Shown: positions 30,013 to 40,499, numbered from the stretch's first letter. The stretch is DNA of 64,000 nucleotides from an uncultured delta proteobacterium (GCA_963845145.1 CAWJQU010000001.1:128001-192000); one strand, 5' to 3'. The notes: generated by a model not told the origin, from the sequence alone. Numbers and translations are program-made.

Positions 30013-31179
30013 TTAGTGACCTTTAAGCTTGCGTTTCCCTGCTGCATATTCACTCTTGTCCCACTCCACCCACTTACCATCCTGGACAACAAGCGGTGTA
30101 ATCAGAGCAAATGTATTTTGGCCGTGATCATCGAAAGAAACCGTGCCAATGGCGTATTCCTTTTTTGGAAAATGATTGAGCGCATCGCGAATTTTTTTTC
30201 GATCCTTGCCCGCTGTTTCGATTGCGTCTAGAAGCACATTCATAGCTGAATATGCATAAATACCGTATGCTTCGGCTGGATTATCATAATTGGCGGTATC
30301 GTATTGCTTGATAAACGCAGGTCCACCCGGCATCGTCTCAACCGGAGCGCCCTGGCGCATGGCGATGGTACCTTCCCCGCCATTGGTTCCCTTAATATAT
30401 GTTTCCGATATAATACCTGACACACCGACAAACTGAGCATTGACCCCAAGTTTTTCCATCTGGTTGTAAATACGTATCGCCAAATCGGATAATCCTCCGA
30501 AATAAACCACATCCGGGTCTAACGCTTTTGCTTTGGTCAATTCGGCGGTAAAGTCCTGCTGATCTGCCGTTACCCCAAATACATCCAACAGGTCGCCACC
30601 CTCGTTCTTTAGAAATTTCTTAAAAGCATCCCGATGTCCATTGCCATAATCAGTGGTGTCATGGATAACAACGAATTTTTTATAGCCCAGCTTGCGTAGA
30701 TATTTTGCGGCGACATCATTTTGACTGGTAAGCGTTCCGATCGTCCGATGAATTTCCTTATATTCATTACCGTAGGTAATTTTCGGTGCGATCGCACCCC
30801 AGACAATAACGGGAAGGCCAAAGCGGTGGTAGATATCCACCGTACCCGTCGCAACGGCGGAACAAAAATGGGTAACTGCCGCCGAAACCCCTTTGTCCGC
30901 AGCCAATTTAGTGGCCGCTTGAACGCCAATGTTTGGTTTGCATTCATCATCGAAAACGACAAGTTCATATTCATATTTTGCGTTTGGGTCGGCATTCCTC
31001 TGGTCCACAGCCAGGTCTACGGAATTCCGTCCGCCGATTCCGATGGCAGAGACCTTGCCGGTTATCGGTCCGATATAGCCGATTTTTACTTTACCTTTGG
31101 CCTCAGCGAAGCTTCCGGTAAATGCCAATGCTGTAATGATTGCAGTCACCGTCAATTGAAACAATAGACGCCTTTTCAT
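30013..31179 (-). CDS. livK: LivK/LivJ-like periplasmic amino-acid-binding protein
   Basis: Signal peptide (AEA), KIGYIGPITG, DDECKP, HFCSAVA, IHDTTDYG; GGAGAGG RBS. Confidence 0.88.
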   Translation of the reverse strand: MKRRLLFQLTVTAIITALAFTGSFAEAKGKVKIGYIGPITGKVSAIGIGGRNSVDLAVDQRNADPNAKYEYELVVFDDECKPNIGVQAATKLAADKGVSAAVTHFCSAVATGTVDIYHRFGLPVIVWGAIAPKITYGNEYKEIHRTIGTLTSQNDVAAKYLRKLGYKKFVVIHDTTDYGNGHRDAFKKFLKNEGGDLLDVFGVTADQQDFTAELTKAKALDPDVVYFGGLSDLAIRIYNQMEKLGVNAQFVGVSGIISETYIKGTNGGEGTIAMRQGAPVETMPGGPAFIKQYDTANYDNPAEAYGIYAYSAMNVLLDAIETAGKDRKKIRDALNHFPKKEYAIGTVSFDDHGQNTFALITPLVVQDGKWVEWDKSEYAAGKRKLKGH

Positions 31180-31870
31180 CGCAACCTCTCCTTTTTTGAT
31201 TGTTTGTACACCTTTATTGGAATTGAGTTTCATATTTTACATATACTTGATTTATAATCAAGTTGTTTTATTAATACTCATCATGTTGATATCAGAAATG
31301 CCGTCATATGCGGTCGATACAAATCCTAAGCGACATTCGAGTATTTTTGCCAACCACCAAGCATCAACCATTGGCCGGATTGAAATGAAAATATAGCGAC
31401 CCTTCCCGCAACTGTCATTTACCTTTTCCAATGAGTCCCCAGAAATAAAGAGTTACCGCTCCCGCGCACAGGTGTAGGTATTTTTTAAAAAAATTTCAAT
31501 TGGGAGGATGTATGTTGAATATTGTTTTAGTGCCGCCGAAAAGCCCTGTATTATTTTCAGATAGAGGGACGCCAGAGGCGATAATGCCCGCTGCCGATGC
31601 AGAGAATTGGCAGCATATCGGTGGAAGGTTATCTCAAAAAATGGAAAGAAAGACGCCTAAACCAACAAACACCTGAATTTACTTGAAATTAATACAGAAT
31701 GAGCTTCAAAAAGATTGCTCTGTGTACATCATGTTGTATCTAAGGGAATAGATATTGTTTTGTCCTTCAACAATATGCTTGTATTAAACTGAGCGCGGTA
31801 TAATTGCGCCGCATCAACCTCATTACCCCGATTCCATTATGAAAAGAATCGGCGCGATGTCAAACCTACT

Positions 31871-32452
31871 TTAAAAAGTAGGCGGCGTGGTCACCCATAT
31901 AATTTTGGTTATTTCCTCACCCGGATTATGGTAGCCGTGTGGACGGTCACATGTAAAGAAAAACGAATCCCCTGTATTTAGGTGATGCGTTTGACCATCG
32001 ACTTCCAAATCGAGTTCGCCTTCAAGGATGTATCCTAGCTCCTCACCTTCATGAGTAATGGTGCCATGGCTACCTCCTCCCGGTTTTACGAAATGAATAG
32101 ATGCTGCAAGTAGGCGGGCTCTGGCTTGTGGCGTCAGCCACTCCACTTCAGTTCCCTCGCCCTCTCGGGTCGTTGTCATTCCGATGATCGGCCTTGACCC
32201 TTTTCGCATGACAATATCAGAGCCAATCTCCTCTTCATACGTGAGGTGTCCAATGGTAATATCTAGCTCTCTGGCGATACGATGTAACATCCGCAGAGAT
32301 GGGTTAATTTTATCATTCTCAACCTTGGAGAGCATGCTTTCCGAGCACCCTACCAAGCGGGCCAAGTCCTTTAACCGCAGCCCTTTGACCGTTCGAGCAT
32401 GTTTAAGTTTAATGCCTATTCTTAATTGTCTTTCAGTAGGGTCGCTATCCAT
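31871..32452 (-). CDS. XRE-family HTH regulator with cupin domain
   Basis: LKDLARLVGCSESMLSKVEN..NPSL; HEGEELGYILEG, GDSFFF...PHGY.N. Confidence 0.9.
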   Translation of the reverse strand: MDSDPTERQLRIGIKLKHARTVKGLRLKDLARLVGCSESMLSKVENDKINPSLRMLHRIARELDITIGHLTYEEEIGSDIVMRKGSRPIIGMTTTREGEGTEVEWLTPQARARLLAASIHFVKPGGGSHGTITHEGEELGYILEGELDLEVDGQTHHLNTGDSFFFTCDRPHGYHNPGEEITKIIWVTTPPTF

Positions 32453-32779
32453 TTGTTCCTCAATGATTTTATAAAAAACCAACTTGGTTGCCACAATTAC
32501 AGTCAACCTGCCTGGGTGTCAAGCTACTTGATTTTTATGGGTATATAATGACATGAAATCCCAACTACCGCGAGTTTGCGGCGCGAAATAAGACTCTAAG
32601 CCTTTATAATAACAATGCTGCGGGATTTCGGACTGGCCCTCCGGACTCGGATTGCCGACAATTACTTTAATGGATCGTGCTAAATCGGCCAATTCACATT
32701 CTCATAATTGTCAACGCTTCTCCTAAAGCCGTTACAACCCCGCACACTTCGCTTTAACCTCATCTGAATCAATTTTCGC

Positions 32780-32817
32780 TTGACAACTTATATTTGTAAT
32801 GGTTAAACCATTACAAA
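32780..32817 (+). promoter_or_regulatory. sigma70 promoter overlapped by a perfect 25-bp palindrome (FadR-type operator)
   Basis: TTGACA at 32780; TTTGTAATGGTT-A-AACCATTACAAA at 32793-32817 covers the -10 region upstream of the FadR-type gene. Confidence 0.75.
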
Positions 32818-32915
32818 CTTGGTGGCGATTACACTTATTATAATAAATATAAGTAAGTTATATTACCATAGGTTAGATTATAGAGACGATTAAATCGGTA
32901 GAAGGGAAATAATAA

Positions 32916-33644
32916 ATGTTTAGAGCAGCGAAACAAAACAGAATTTTCCAGGATGTGGTTGATCAAATCCAGGAGATCATCTTATCTGGAAAACTGCCCC
33001 CGGGAAAGATGCTGCCATCTGAACGGGAACTAAAGGATAAGTTGCAAGTGAGCCGCGGAACCTTAAGAGAAGCCCTTAGAGTACTGGAACAAAAAGGTTT
33101 GATTGAAATCAAACTGGGCGTTGGCGGCGGAGCGATGGTCAAAGGGGTCGGTTACGAACAAGTTGGGGAAAGTCTGGCTCTTTTAATTCGTTACCAGAAA
33201 ATATCTCTATTTCATCTGGCCGAATTTCGAAAAACGATTGAAGGCGATGTTGCCGCTCTTGCCGCGAAAAGAGCCCTTCCCGATGATATTGAGCGGCTCA
33301 AAGACCTGCTCGATAAAGCCCGAAAATTCACGAAACAAGGCCAATCGTATGTGGCAGAGTTTATCGGTATCGATAAAGAAATCCACCTGGCCATCGCGAA
33401 GATTTCCCGGAACCCGGTGTATGTATCGCTTCAGCATACGGTACATGACAATATCGACCAATATTATGAAACGTTCCTATCCATGCAAGAACGGGAAATG
33501 AACGAAAACTTTCAGGATCTAAGCAACATTATTCTCGCGATCGAGACACATAATAAACGAGAGGCTCGCTCCCTGGCGCGAGAGCATGTGCTGCGATTTA
33601 ACCATTATATGGAAGGCCACGCACGCCAGGATGGAAATATATGA
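32916..33644 (+). CDS. GntR family regulator, FadR subfamily
   Basis: LPSEREL...VSRGTLREALRVLEQKGLIE; FCD-like C-terminus. Confidence 0.92.
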   Translation: MFRAAKQNRIFQDVVDQIQEIILSGKLPPGKMLPSERELKDKLQVSRGTLREALRVLEQKGLIEIKLGVGGGAMVKGVGYEQVGESLALLIRYQKISLFHLAEFRKTIEGDVAALAAKRALPDDIERLKDLLDKARKFTKQGQSYVAEFIGIDKEIHLAIAKISRNPVYVSLQHTVHDNIDQYYETFLSMQEREMNENFQDLSNIILAIETHNKREARSLAREHVLRFNHYMEGHARQDGNI

Positions 33645-35731
33645 AAAACTCAAGAATCACTTCCCATCCCGTTATAGAGATTTCTCCCGAAGTAGCGGTA
33701 AACTTTACCTGGAACGGGCGACCCATGGCCGGGTATTTGGGCGAAATGATCTCATCCGCACTGTTTGCAAACAACGTTAAAATCTTTGGCCATCACCCCA
33801 AGGATAACAGCCCCCAGGGTATTTTCTGTGCCAATGGCCAATGTAGCCAATGCCTGGTTATCGCCGATTCACTTCCGGTCAAATCTTGCATGACACCCCT
33901 AAAAGAAGGCATGACCATTCAAAGCGTTGAAGGGTTGCCCACCCTACCGGAAGATGATGTGCCCGTCACCACCGAAGATATTCCGGTACTCGATATTGAT
34001 GTGCTCATTATCGGCGGCGGGCCGGCTGGTCTCACCGCGGCCATTGAAATGGGCAAACTGGAAATCCCCACCATCATCGTTGACGATAAGGATCGTCTGG
34101 GAGGAAAGCTCGTCCTACAGACCCACAAATTTTTCGGCTCGGTGGAAGATTCCCACGCCGGTACGCGTGGATTTGAAATCGCGGCGATATTAGAACAACA
34201 GATCAGCGAGCTTGACGCGATTGATGTCTGGCTTGATAGCACAGCCGTGGGTATCTTTTCAGATGGTATTGTGGGTGTGGTTAAAAACAATAAGTATATG
34301 AAAATTCGGCCCCAAAAGCTCCTCATCACTTCCGGCGCCAGAGAAAAAATGCTCTCTTTTCCGGGCAACACCCTTCCCGGCGTATACGGTGCCGGCGCAT
34401 TTCAAACCCTGGTGAATCGCGATTTGATAAAATGCTCGCAAAAGGTTCTCATCGTCGGGGGGGGCAATGTGGGGTTGATCGCCGGTTATCATGCCATTCA
34501 GGCGGGGATTGAAGTTGTGGCCTTGATTGAGGCGATGCCCCGAGTGGGCGGCTATAAAGTTCATGCCGATAAGCTGATCCGTCTGGGTGTGCCCATTTTC
34601 ACCGGTTATACAGTGGTTTCCGCCACTGGAAACGACCGGGTGGAAACGGTGACCATTGCCCGGCTGGATGAAAACTGGCAGGTGATCGAAGGCACGCACC
34701 AAACGTATGCGGTTGACACGGTCTTGATTGCCGTCGGCCTGGCCGAGGTCAATGAATTTTTCCATAAAGCCCGCCAATTCGGCATGGATGTCTACGCAGC
34801 CGGCGACGCTCAGGAGATCGCCGAGGCATCAGCCGCCATGTTCGCCGGTAAAATCGAAGGGTTGAAGATTGCCAAAGCGTTGGACCGATATGAGGGTGAC
34901 ATCCCCAGGGAATACGATGAAAAAGCAGCCATTTTAAAGTCCAAGCCCGGACGCATCGTCTCGCGCCGAATTCCGGAACGCCAAAGCGGCGTTTTTCCCA
35001 TTTTTCACTGCACCCAGGAAGTGCCCTGCAATCCCTGCACGTCGGTTTGCCCGGAAAAAGTGGTACGGACTGAAAATGATAAAATTACGGGGTTGCCCTA
35101 TGTTACCGATTATGAGCAGTGCAAAGGCTGCCTGGCGTGCGTGGCGATCTGTCCGGGCCTGGCCGCAACGGTAGTAGACTTTCGTAAAAACCCGAATCGA
35201 CCCACAGTGACACTCCCTTACGAAATCTGGCGGGATCGCGTCTCCAAGGGTCAATCCATTCCGGTAACCGATGTGGATGGGGCGCTCTTGGGAAGATATC
35301 CGGTAAAACGAGTGATTGCCAATAAAAAGAAGTACCCGGGCACCCTGCTTGTACAAGTGGAAATGGCGCCTGAATTGGCCAAGCTCGCCGTGGGTATCTG
35401 GGTCCAGGAAAAACAGATTGATCCCTCCGATATTTACGAGCATTCCGCCTTACCGGATGAGGCCATTATCTGTCGCTGCGAGCGCGTCTCCGCTGGTGAA
35501 ATCCGCCAGGCCATCAGAAGCGGAATCAGGGATATGAACCAACTGAAGGCTTTAAATCGTGCCGGTATGGGGGCCTGTGGGTCAAAAACCTGCCGACCGA
35601 TGATCTGGCGCATCTTCCAGGAAGAGGGGGTGAACCTTGGTGAAGTGACCGACCGAGTGGATCGACCCCTATTCGTTGAGGTCCCCCTCGGGGTCATGGC
35701 CGGGGTTCAAGGGGGTGAAGCGGATGCGTAA
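33641..35731 (+). CDS. fused 2Fe-2S / FAD / 2x4Fe-4S / BFD-like oxidoreductase (proline dehydrogenase / sarcosine oxidase alpha-like)
   Basis: GIFCANGQCSQC..SCMT; GGGPAGL..LGGKL; GGGNVG; CNPCTSVCP, CKGCLACVAICP; ICRCE..RAGMGACGSKTC. Confidence 0.88.
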   Translation: MKNSRITSHPVIEISPEVAVNFTWNGRPMAGYLGEMISSALFANNVKIFGHHPKDNSPQGIFCANGQCSQCLVIADSLPVKSCMTPLKEGMTIQSVEGLPTLPEDDVPVTTEDIPVLDIDVLIIGGGPAGLTAAIEMGKLEIPTIIVDDKDRLGGKLVLQTHKFFGSVEDSHAGTRGFEIAAILEQQISELDAIDVWLDSTAVGIFSDGIVGVVKNNKYMKIRPQKLLITSGAREKMLSFPGNTLPGVYGAGAFQTLVNRDLIKCSQKVLIVGGGNVGLIAGYHAIQAGIEVVALIEAMPRVGGYKVHADKLIRLGVPIFTGYTVVSATGNDRVETVTIARLDENWQVIEGTHQTYAVDTVLIAVGLAEVNEFFHKARQFGMDVYAAGDAQEIAEASAAMFAGKIEGLKIAKALDRYEGDIPREYDEKAAILKSKPGRIVSRRIPERQSGVFPIFHCTQEVPCNPCTSVCPEKVVRTENDKITGLPYVTDYEQCKGCLACVAICPGLAATVVDFRKNPNRPTVTLPYEIWRDRVSKGQSIPVTDVDGALLGRYPVKRVIANKKKYPGTLLVQVEMAPELAKLAVGIWVQEKQIDPSDIYEHSALPDEAIICRCERVSAGEIRQAIRSGIRDMNQLKALNRAGMGACGSKTCRPMIWRIFQEEGVNLGEVTDRVDRPLFVEVPLGVMAGVQGGEADA

Positions 35732-36875
35732 TTATGATGTTATCGTCGTCGGAGCGGGATCCCTCGGTGTTCCCATGGGTATGGCTCTCGGCAAATTGGG
35801 CCTCAAAACCATCGTCGTGGATAAAAAGCCATCCCCCGGACAAGGTGAAAACAAACATGCCATCGGCGGTATTCGCGCCACCCACTCTTCTCCGGCGAAA
35901 ATTCTCACGGGATTACGGTCGCTGGCCATTTTTTCCACCTGGAAGCAAGATCATGGCGATGATATCGAGTGGTTAAAGGGCGGCTACCTTTTCCCTGTGT
36001 ACCGAACAAAAGAGGAGAAGGCTTTAAAAAGCATTTTGCCCCTGCAAAAACGATTCGGGCTCAATATCGACTTTTTTGACGCCAAAAAGATAAGTGAATG
36101 TGTCCCGGGCATTAACACTACCGGGCTCATCGGTGGGACCTTCTCTCCGGATGATGGCTCGGCATCACCACTTTTGGCGATCAATGCCTTTTATCGCAAA
36201 GCATTGGCAACCGGTGTGACATTCAGGTTCAATACCATGGTAACCGGTATCACTCGCACGGCCAAGGGCATTACCGGAATTACGACAGACACAGGATCGA
36301 TTGCCGCTCCAATCGTTGTCGATGCGGCCGGTGGATACTCAAAGGCGCTGGGTGAAACCATAAACATCCACGTCCCCGTTACCCCGGACTCCCATGAAGG
36401 CGCGATTACTGAACCGGTAACAAGATTCTTTAGTTGTATGATTGTCGATCTTCGCCCGGCCCCGGGATCGAAGAATTATTATTTTTACCAGAATTTACAC
36501 GGTCAGGTCGTATTCTGTATTACTCCGGACCCACCCATTGTTGGCACGGACAAACGGGAAACCAGCACTTTCTTGCCCCAGATTGGCGCCCGAATCGTCG
36601 ATCTTTTACCGCGCATTAAAAATATCAGGGTGCGAAGGGTATGGCGCGGCCTTTACCCCATGAGCCCGGACGGCTCACCCATTGTCGGGTGGAACCGGGA
36701 AGCCAGCGGTTTGTTCCACGTCACGGGCATGTGTGGTCAGGGGTTTATGTTGGGGCCGGGTATCGCTGAAGTTGCCGCCCGCATGATAACCGAAACGACT
36801 ACGGCTGATGACAAACCGATCATTGATGAATTTTCACCGCATCGCGTGTTTGGCGGGGAGGAGGCGTTGAAATAG
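35724..36875 (+). CDS. FAD-dependent oxidoreductase, D-amino acid oxidase / sarcosine oxidase beta-like
   Basis: DVIVVGAGSLG, GGIR, VVDAAGG, RVWRGLYPMSPDGSPIVG, GMCGQGFMLGPG. Confidence 0.9.
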   Translation: MRNYDVIVVGAGSLGVPMGMALGKLGLKTIVVDKKPSPGQGENKHAIGGIRATHSSPAKILTGLRSLAIFSTWKQDHGDDIEWLKGGYLFPVYRTKEEKALKSILPLQKRFGLNIDFFDAKKISECVPGINTTGLIGGTFSPDDGSASPLLAINAFYRKALATGVTFRFNTMVTGITRTAKGITGITTDTGSIAAPIVVDAAGGYSKALGETINIHVPVTPDSHEGAITEPVTRFFSCMIVDLRPAPGSKNYYFYQNLHGQVVFCITPDPPIVGTDKRETSTFLPQIGARIVDLLPRIKNIRVRRVWRGLYPMSPDGSPIVGWNREASGLFHVTGMCGQGFMLGPGIAEVAARMITETTTADDKPIIDEFSPHRVFGGEEALK

Positions 36876-36960
36876 TTGGCCGACTCAAATCTACCATTTA
36901 ATAAATACGACACCGTATTAAAATCCCTTTTAACCCAAAGACCTATTAAGGAGTAATTTC

Positions 36961-39102
36961 ATGGGTAAATTATCTGCTAAAGAGATAACGACATTTGACT
37001 ACGAGCGCCCGGACATCGACAAGGGGTACGCTAATCAAACCCTTTGTGTAGACCTTACCACCGCCCAGGTGTCTATAAAACCGGTATCGAAACAGATGAA
37101 AGATATTTTTATCGGTGGAAAGGGGTTTGATCTATGGCTGTTATGGCAGGCCGTTAATTCGCAAACAAAATGGAACGACCCCGAGAATGCCATCTGCATC
37201 TCATCCGGGCCGATGGGGGGAACGCCGGCATATCCCGGCTCAGGGAAAAGCATCGTCACCACCCTTTCCCCCACCACCGGATCGGTAATGGATTCCAACG
37301 TTGGTGGTTATTTTGGCCCCTATTTAAAATTTTCAGGCTTTGATGCCCTTGAGATCGTCGGGAAAAGTAAGGGCGATACGGTCGTATTGATCGATGGCGT
37401 GGATGAAAAGGTGCGCATTTTTGAATTCGACAATTTGACGGATGATTCTTATGAGATGTCTGCCATCCTGACCAAATACTTCAGCAAAGACAAGCAAGAA
37501 GAGGTGTCAGTGGTATCGACCGGACTCGGTGCCAAGCACAGCCTGCTGGGGTGTCTCAATTTTTCCTGGTATGATGTCAAAAGAAAACGGGCCCGCTATA
37601 AACAGGCCGGTCGGGGTGGTATCGGAACGGTCTTTGCGGATAAAGGGGTAAAGGCGGTTGTGGCCCGGTGGAACAAGGTATCGCTAAACACAAACAACCC
37701 CGCCGATAAAGACGCCTTGAAAACGGTTGCCCGGTGTCACTCCAGAGAGATCGTAGCGCTGGATCCAAAACAAAACGAGATGGCCAAGATTGGAACCACC
37801 CATTTGGTACCGATTATGAATGACTATGATTTGCTTCCTACGCACAATTTCAAATACGGCCAACACCCCAGTGCCCATGCCATTGGCCGGGAAGTCTATG
37901 AGGGCCTGTTTGATCCGGGTTTCGACGGTTGCTGGAAAGGGTGTACGGTTGCCTGCGCCCATGGCGTTAAAGATTTCGTGCCGATAAGCGGGCCGTATAA
38001 AGGCAAAAAAGTATTCGTCGACGGTCCTGAATATGAGACGATTGCCGGCTGCGGTTCAAATCTTGGGATTTTCGATCCACTCACCATTCTCGAATTTAAC
38101 TTCTATTGCGACACCTATGGTGTCGATACGATCTCCGTGGGCACGGGCATGGCTTTTGTCATGGAATGTTATGAAATGGGCCTGATCAATTCCAGCCATA
38201 CAGGTGGCTTGGATCTGTTTTTCGGCAACCGGATCGACGCCTTGGAACTGCTTCACCAAATGGCCAGGGGTGATGAGGGGTTTGGTGCAATATTCGGCCA
38301 GGGTATTCGTCGGATGAAGGCTATCTTTGCCGAAAAATTCGGGGCCGACCGGGCCATTATGGAAGACATCGGCATGGAATCCAAAGGACTCGAATATTCA
38401 GAATATATGACCAAGGAGTCTCTTGCCCAACAGGGCGGTTACGGCATGGCATTGAAAGGACCCCAGCACGATGAAGCCTGGTTGATTTTCCTCGACATGG
38501 TGCACAATTTCATGCCCACCTTTGAGCAAAAAGCCGAAGCACTGCACTGGTTTCCCATGTTTCGCACCTGGTTCGGTTTATGCGGGCTATGCAAGCTGCC
38601 ATGGAATGATATCGTCCCCGAAGATAATAAGGATACTGCCGAACCGGCCAAGGTCATGCAGCATGTAAACTGGTATGCAGACTACTACACAGCCGTTACC
38701 GGCCGAGGTGTCACTCCCGATGATTTAATTAGTATGAGTGAAGGCGTATATAATTTTCAACGCGTTTTCAATCTCCGCATGGGGTTCGGAAAACGCGAGC
38801 ATGACGCGATTCCCTACCGAAGTGTGGGCCCCGTTACCGTTGATGAATATGAATCCAGAAGTGAGCGTTATGACGAACAGCTTAGTGGAATCTGGAAGAT
38901 AGATATCGAAGGAATGGCAACCGCCGAAAAGGTTTCTGAACTGAGAAAGTTCAGAGAAGCACAATATGAAAAATTACAAGACGCGGTGTATGCGCGCAGG
39001 GGCTGGACGCCGGACGGAATCCCTTCTATAGCGACCGTCAAGCGACTCGGTATTGATTTTCCTGAGGTGGTTCGTGTCTTGAACGAAAACGGTGTGGCGT
39101 AA
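36961..39102 (+). CDS. aor: aldehyde:ferredoxin oxidoreductase family (W/Mo-pterin)
   Basis: FIGGKG, SPTTG..DSNVGG.FGP.LK.SGFD, AGRGGIG, GC..GC..AC, GPEYET, DTYGVDTIS, RGWTPDGIP. Confidence 0.9.
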   Translation: MGKLSAKEITTFDYERPDIDKGYANQTLCVDLTTAQVSIKPVSKQMKDIFIGGKGFDLWLLWQAVNSQTKWNDPENAICISSGPMGGTPAYPGSGKSIVTTLSPTTGSVMDSNVGGYFGPYLKFSGFDALEIVGKSKGDTVVLIDGVDEKVRIFEFDNLTDDSYEMSAILTKYFSKDKQEEVSVVSTGLGAKHSLLGCLNFSWYDVKRKRARYKQAGRGGIGTVFADKGVKAVVARWNKVSLNTNNPADKDALKTVARCHSREIVALDPKQNEMAKIGTTHLVPIMNDYDLLPTHNFKYGQHPSAHAIGREVYEGLFDPGFDGCWKGCTVACAHGVKDFVPISGPYKGKKVFVDGPEYETIAGCGSNLGIFDPLTILEFNFYCDTYGVDTISVGTGMAFVMECYEMGLINSSHTGGLDLFFGNRIDALELLHQMARGDEGFGAIFGQGIRRMKAIFAEKFGADRAIMEDIGMESKGLEYSEYMTKESLAQQGGYGMALKGPQHDEAWLIFLDMVHNFMPTFEQKAEALHWFPMFRTWFGLCGLCKLPWNDIVPEDNKDTAEPAKVMQHVNWYADYYTAVTGRGVTPDDLISMSEGVYNFQRVFNLRMGFGKREHDAIPYRSVGPVTVDEYESRSERYDEQLSGIWKIDIEGMATAEKVSELRKFREAQYEKLQDAVYARRGWTPDGIPSIATVKRLGIDFPEVVRVLNENGVA

Positions 39103-39184
39103 CCGCGCCATACCCTCAACGCTTCACGCTTGGGGCCTAGATGGTGAATAAGGCGTCATTTCACCGGATGAATTTAAAAAAAAG

Positions 39185-39273
39185 GGCTGGAGGCGACCCA
39201 ATATCCAAATGATATATCCAAATTATATACCCAATAGGGTCGCCTCTGGTAGGGTCGCCTCTGGATTCCAGCC
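39185..39273. repeat. inverted repeat with internal tandem duplications between convergent genes (possible bidirectional terminator)
   Basis: GAGGCGACCC pairs with GGGTCGCCTC, present twice as tandem TAGGGTCGCCTCTGG; ATATCCAAAT x2 in the loop. Confidence 0.5.
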
Positions 39274-40323
39274 TCAATCGCCGATGTGCACCGAAACGGC
39301 GTGCTCTCGCACCCCGTTATTCCCATAACCCAAAACATTCCACTGGGCGGTTTCCGGTTGACGCCGGCCGTTGGTGTCGGTTGCCCGCGCCATAATGGTA
39401 TAATCTCCCTTGACCTTTACATCCCATAAATATTCCCAGTGACGCCAGGCATAGGGCTGTTCAATCCCGATTAAATCGGCCGAATGCCAGTTGGCGCCAA
39501 GATCGGTGGATACCTCTACTTTCTCAATACCGGCTTCTCCGGCATAGGCCGCGCCTCTGATCGGTACAATTCCGATGGGCAAGTGCGCGTTGGGTTCAGG
39601 GTCAACGATGATGGCTTTTACATCAATTGCGTCCACCACCTTACCGGACTTGCGGTCTTCTCCCTTTTGGAAAACGCGGTAAACGTTGTCCATGAAAAAT
39701 CCTTCGAACGGTTTATCCATCGCTGTAATCGCTTTCAGCCATTTGACACAATTCGCACCGGTCCAGCCCAAGGCCAACGCCCGCAGCGGGTATCCGTGTT
39801 CAAGCGGCAACGGCCGACCGTTCATTTCGTATACCAATAAAGTCGATGACATGGCCTTTTCGACGGGAATGCTGCGGATAAATTTAATCCCGGCAGAGCC
39901 CAGCGGTTTATCCAATCCCTCAAAAGCGATATGTTTAGCATTTTCTTTCAATCCGGCTTTTTCAAGCAAATCGCTTAATCGAATGCCGCCCCAAATGGCG
40001 TTGCCGACACCACCTATGGTCCAGGGATTGCCGGAGGCCTTCTCCTTTAACAGAGACCGGCTATTGCCGGAGCATTCCAGCGTGTCGGCCGCCTCCACCT
40101 TGGGAAATTGCAGCAATTCGTCAAACGTCAATAACAAATCCCTTTTTACCAGGCCCTCGATACTTAATCGCCAATCCGACAGGCTGACCGGCGCATCCAT
40201 AATTTTTCCCTGATTACGCTTAAAAAAGGACTCATTGTCGGTAATCCAGGTACGCAAAGATTTATTCGATGTTTCGGCGTTCAGTGGTCTTTCAGACATC
40301 ACCCGCAAAGTTTTATCCATCAC
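39274..40323 (-). CDS. sulfite oxidase family molybdopterin oxidoreductase (Moco + dimerisation domains, no heme domain, no signal peptide)
   Basis: PLNAET, LECSGN, WGGIRL, YEMNGRPLPLEHGYPLR, VKWL, VEVSTDLG.NW, ARATD..G..QP...WN..GYGNN. Confidence 0.9.
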   Translation of the reverse strand: MMDKTLRVMSERPLNAETSNKSLRTWITDNESFFKRNQGKIMDAPVSLSDWRLSIEGLVKRDLLLTFDELLQFPKVEAADTLECSGNSRSLLKEKASGNPWTIGGVGNAIWGGIRLSDLLEKAGLKENAKHIAFEGLDKPLGSAGIKFIRSIPVEKAMSSTLLVYEMNGRPLPLEHGYPLRALALGWTGANCVKWLKAITAMDKPFEGFFMDNVYRVFQKGEDRKSGKVVDAIDVKAIIVDPEPNAHLPIGIVPIRGAAYAGEAGIEKVEVSTDLGANWHSADLIGIEQPYAWRHWEYLWDVKVKGDYTIMARATDTNGRRQPETAQWNVLGYGNNGVREHAVSVHIGD

Positions 40324-40419
40324 AATACCTCCGTTTGAGTCTATTCTTTATTAAAATACTCAAGGACGGCCCAATTTGTCAAACATCCATGAGGGCACAC
40401 AAATGATTCTCTTAATTTC

Positions 40420-40449
40420 TTGACACGGTAATCATAAAGACTTTACAAT
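40420..40449 (+). promoter_or_regulatory. sigma70-like promoter of the 40500-44583 operon
   Basis: TTGACA-18 nt-TACAAT, 50 nt before ATG 40500. Confidence 0.55.
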
Positions 40450-40499
40450 ACTTTAATCAAGCAAATACAACCGTACTGTCCATAAGTACTTTAGTAAAT

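Noticed and set aside
31180..31870. Riboswitch or sRNA upstream of livK
   Set aside because: No glycine, lysine, SAM or T-box motifs recognised by eye; needs an Rfam scan
32560..32690. Possible IS end bounding the liv module
   Set aside because: Only a vague resemblance; no partner end or target duplication found
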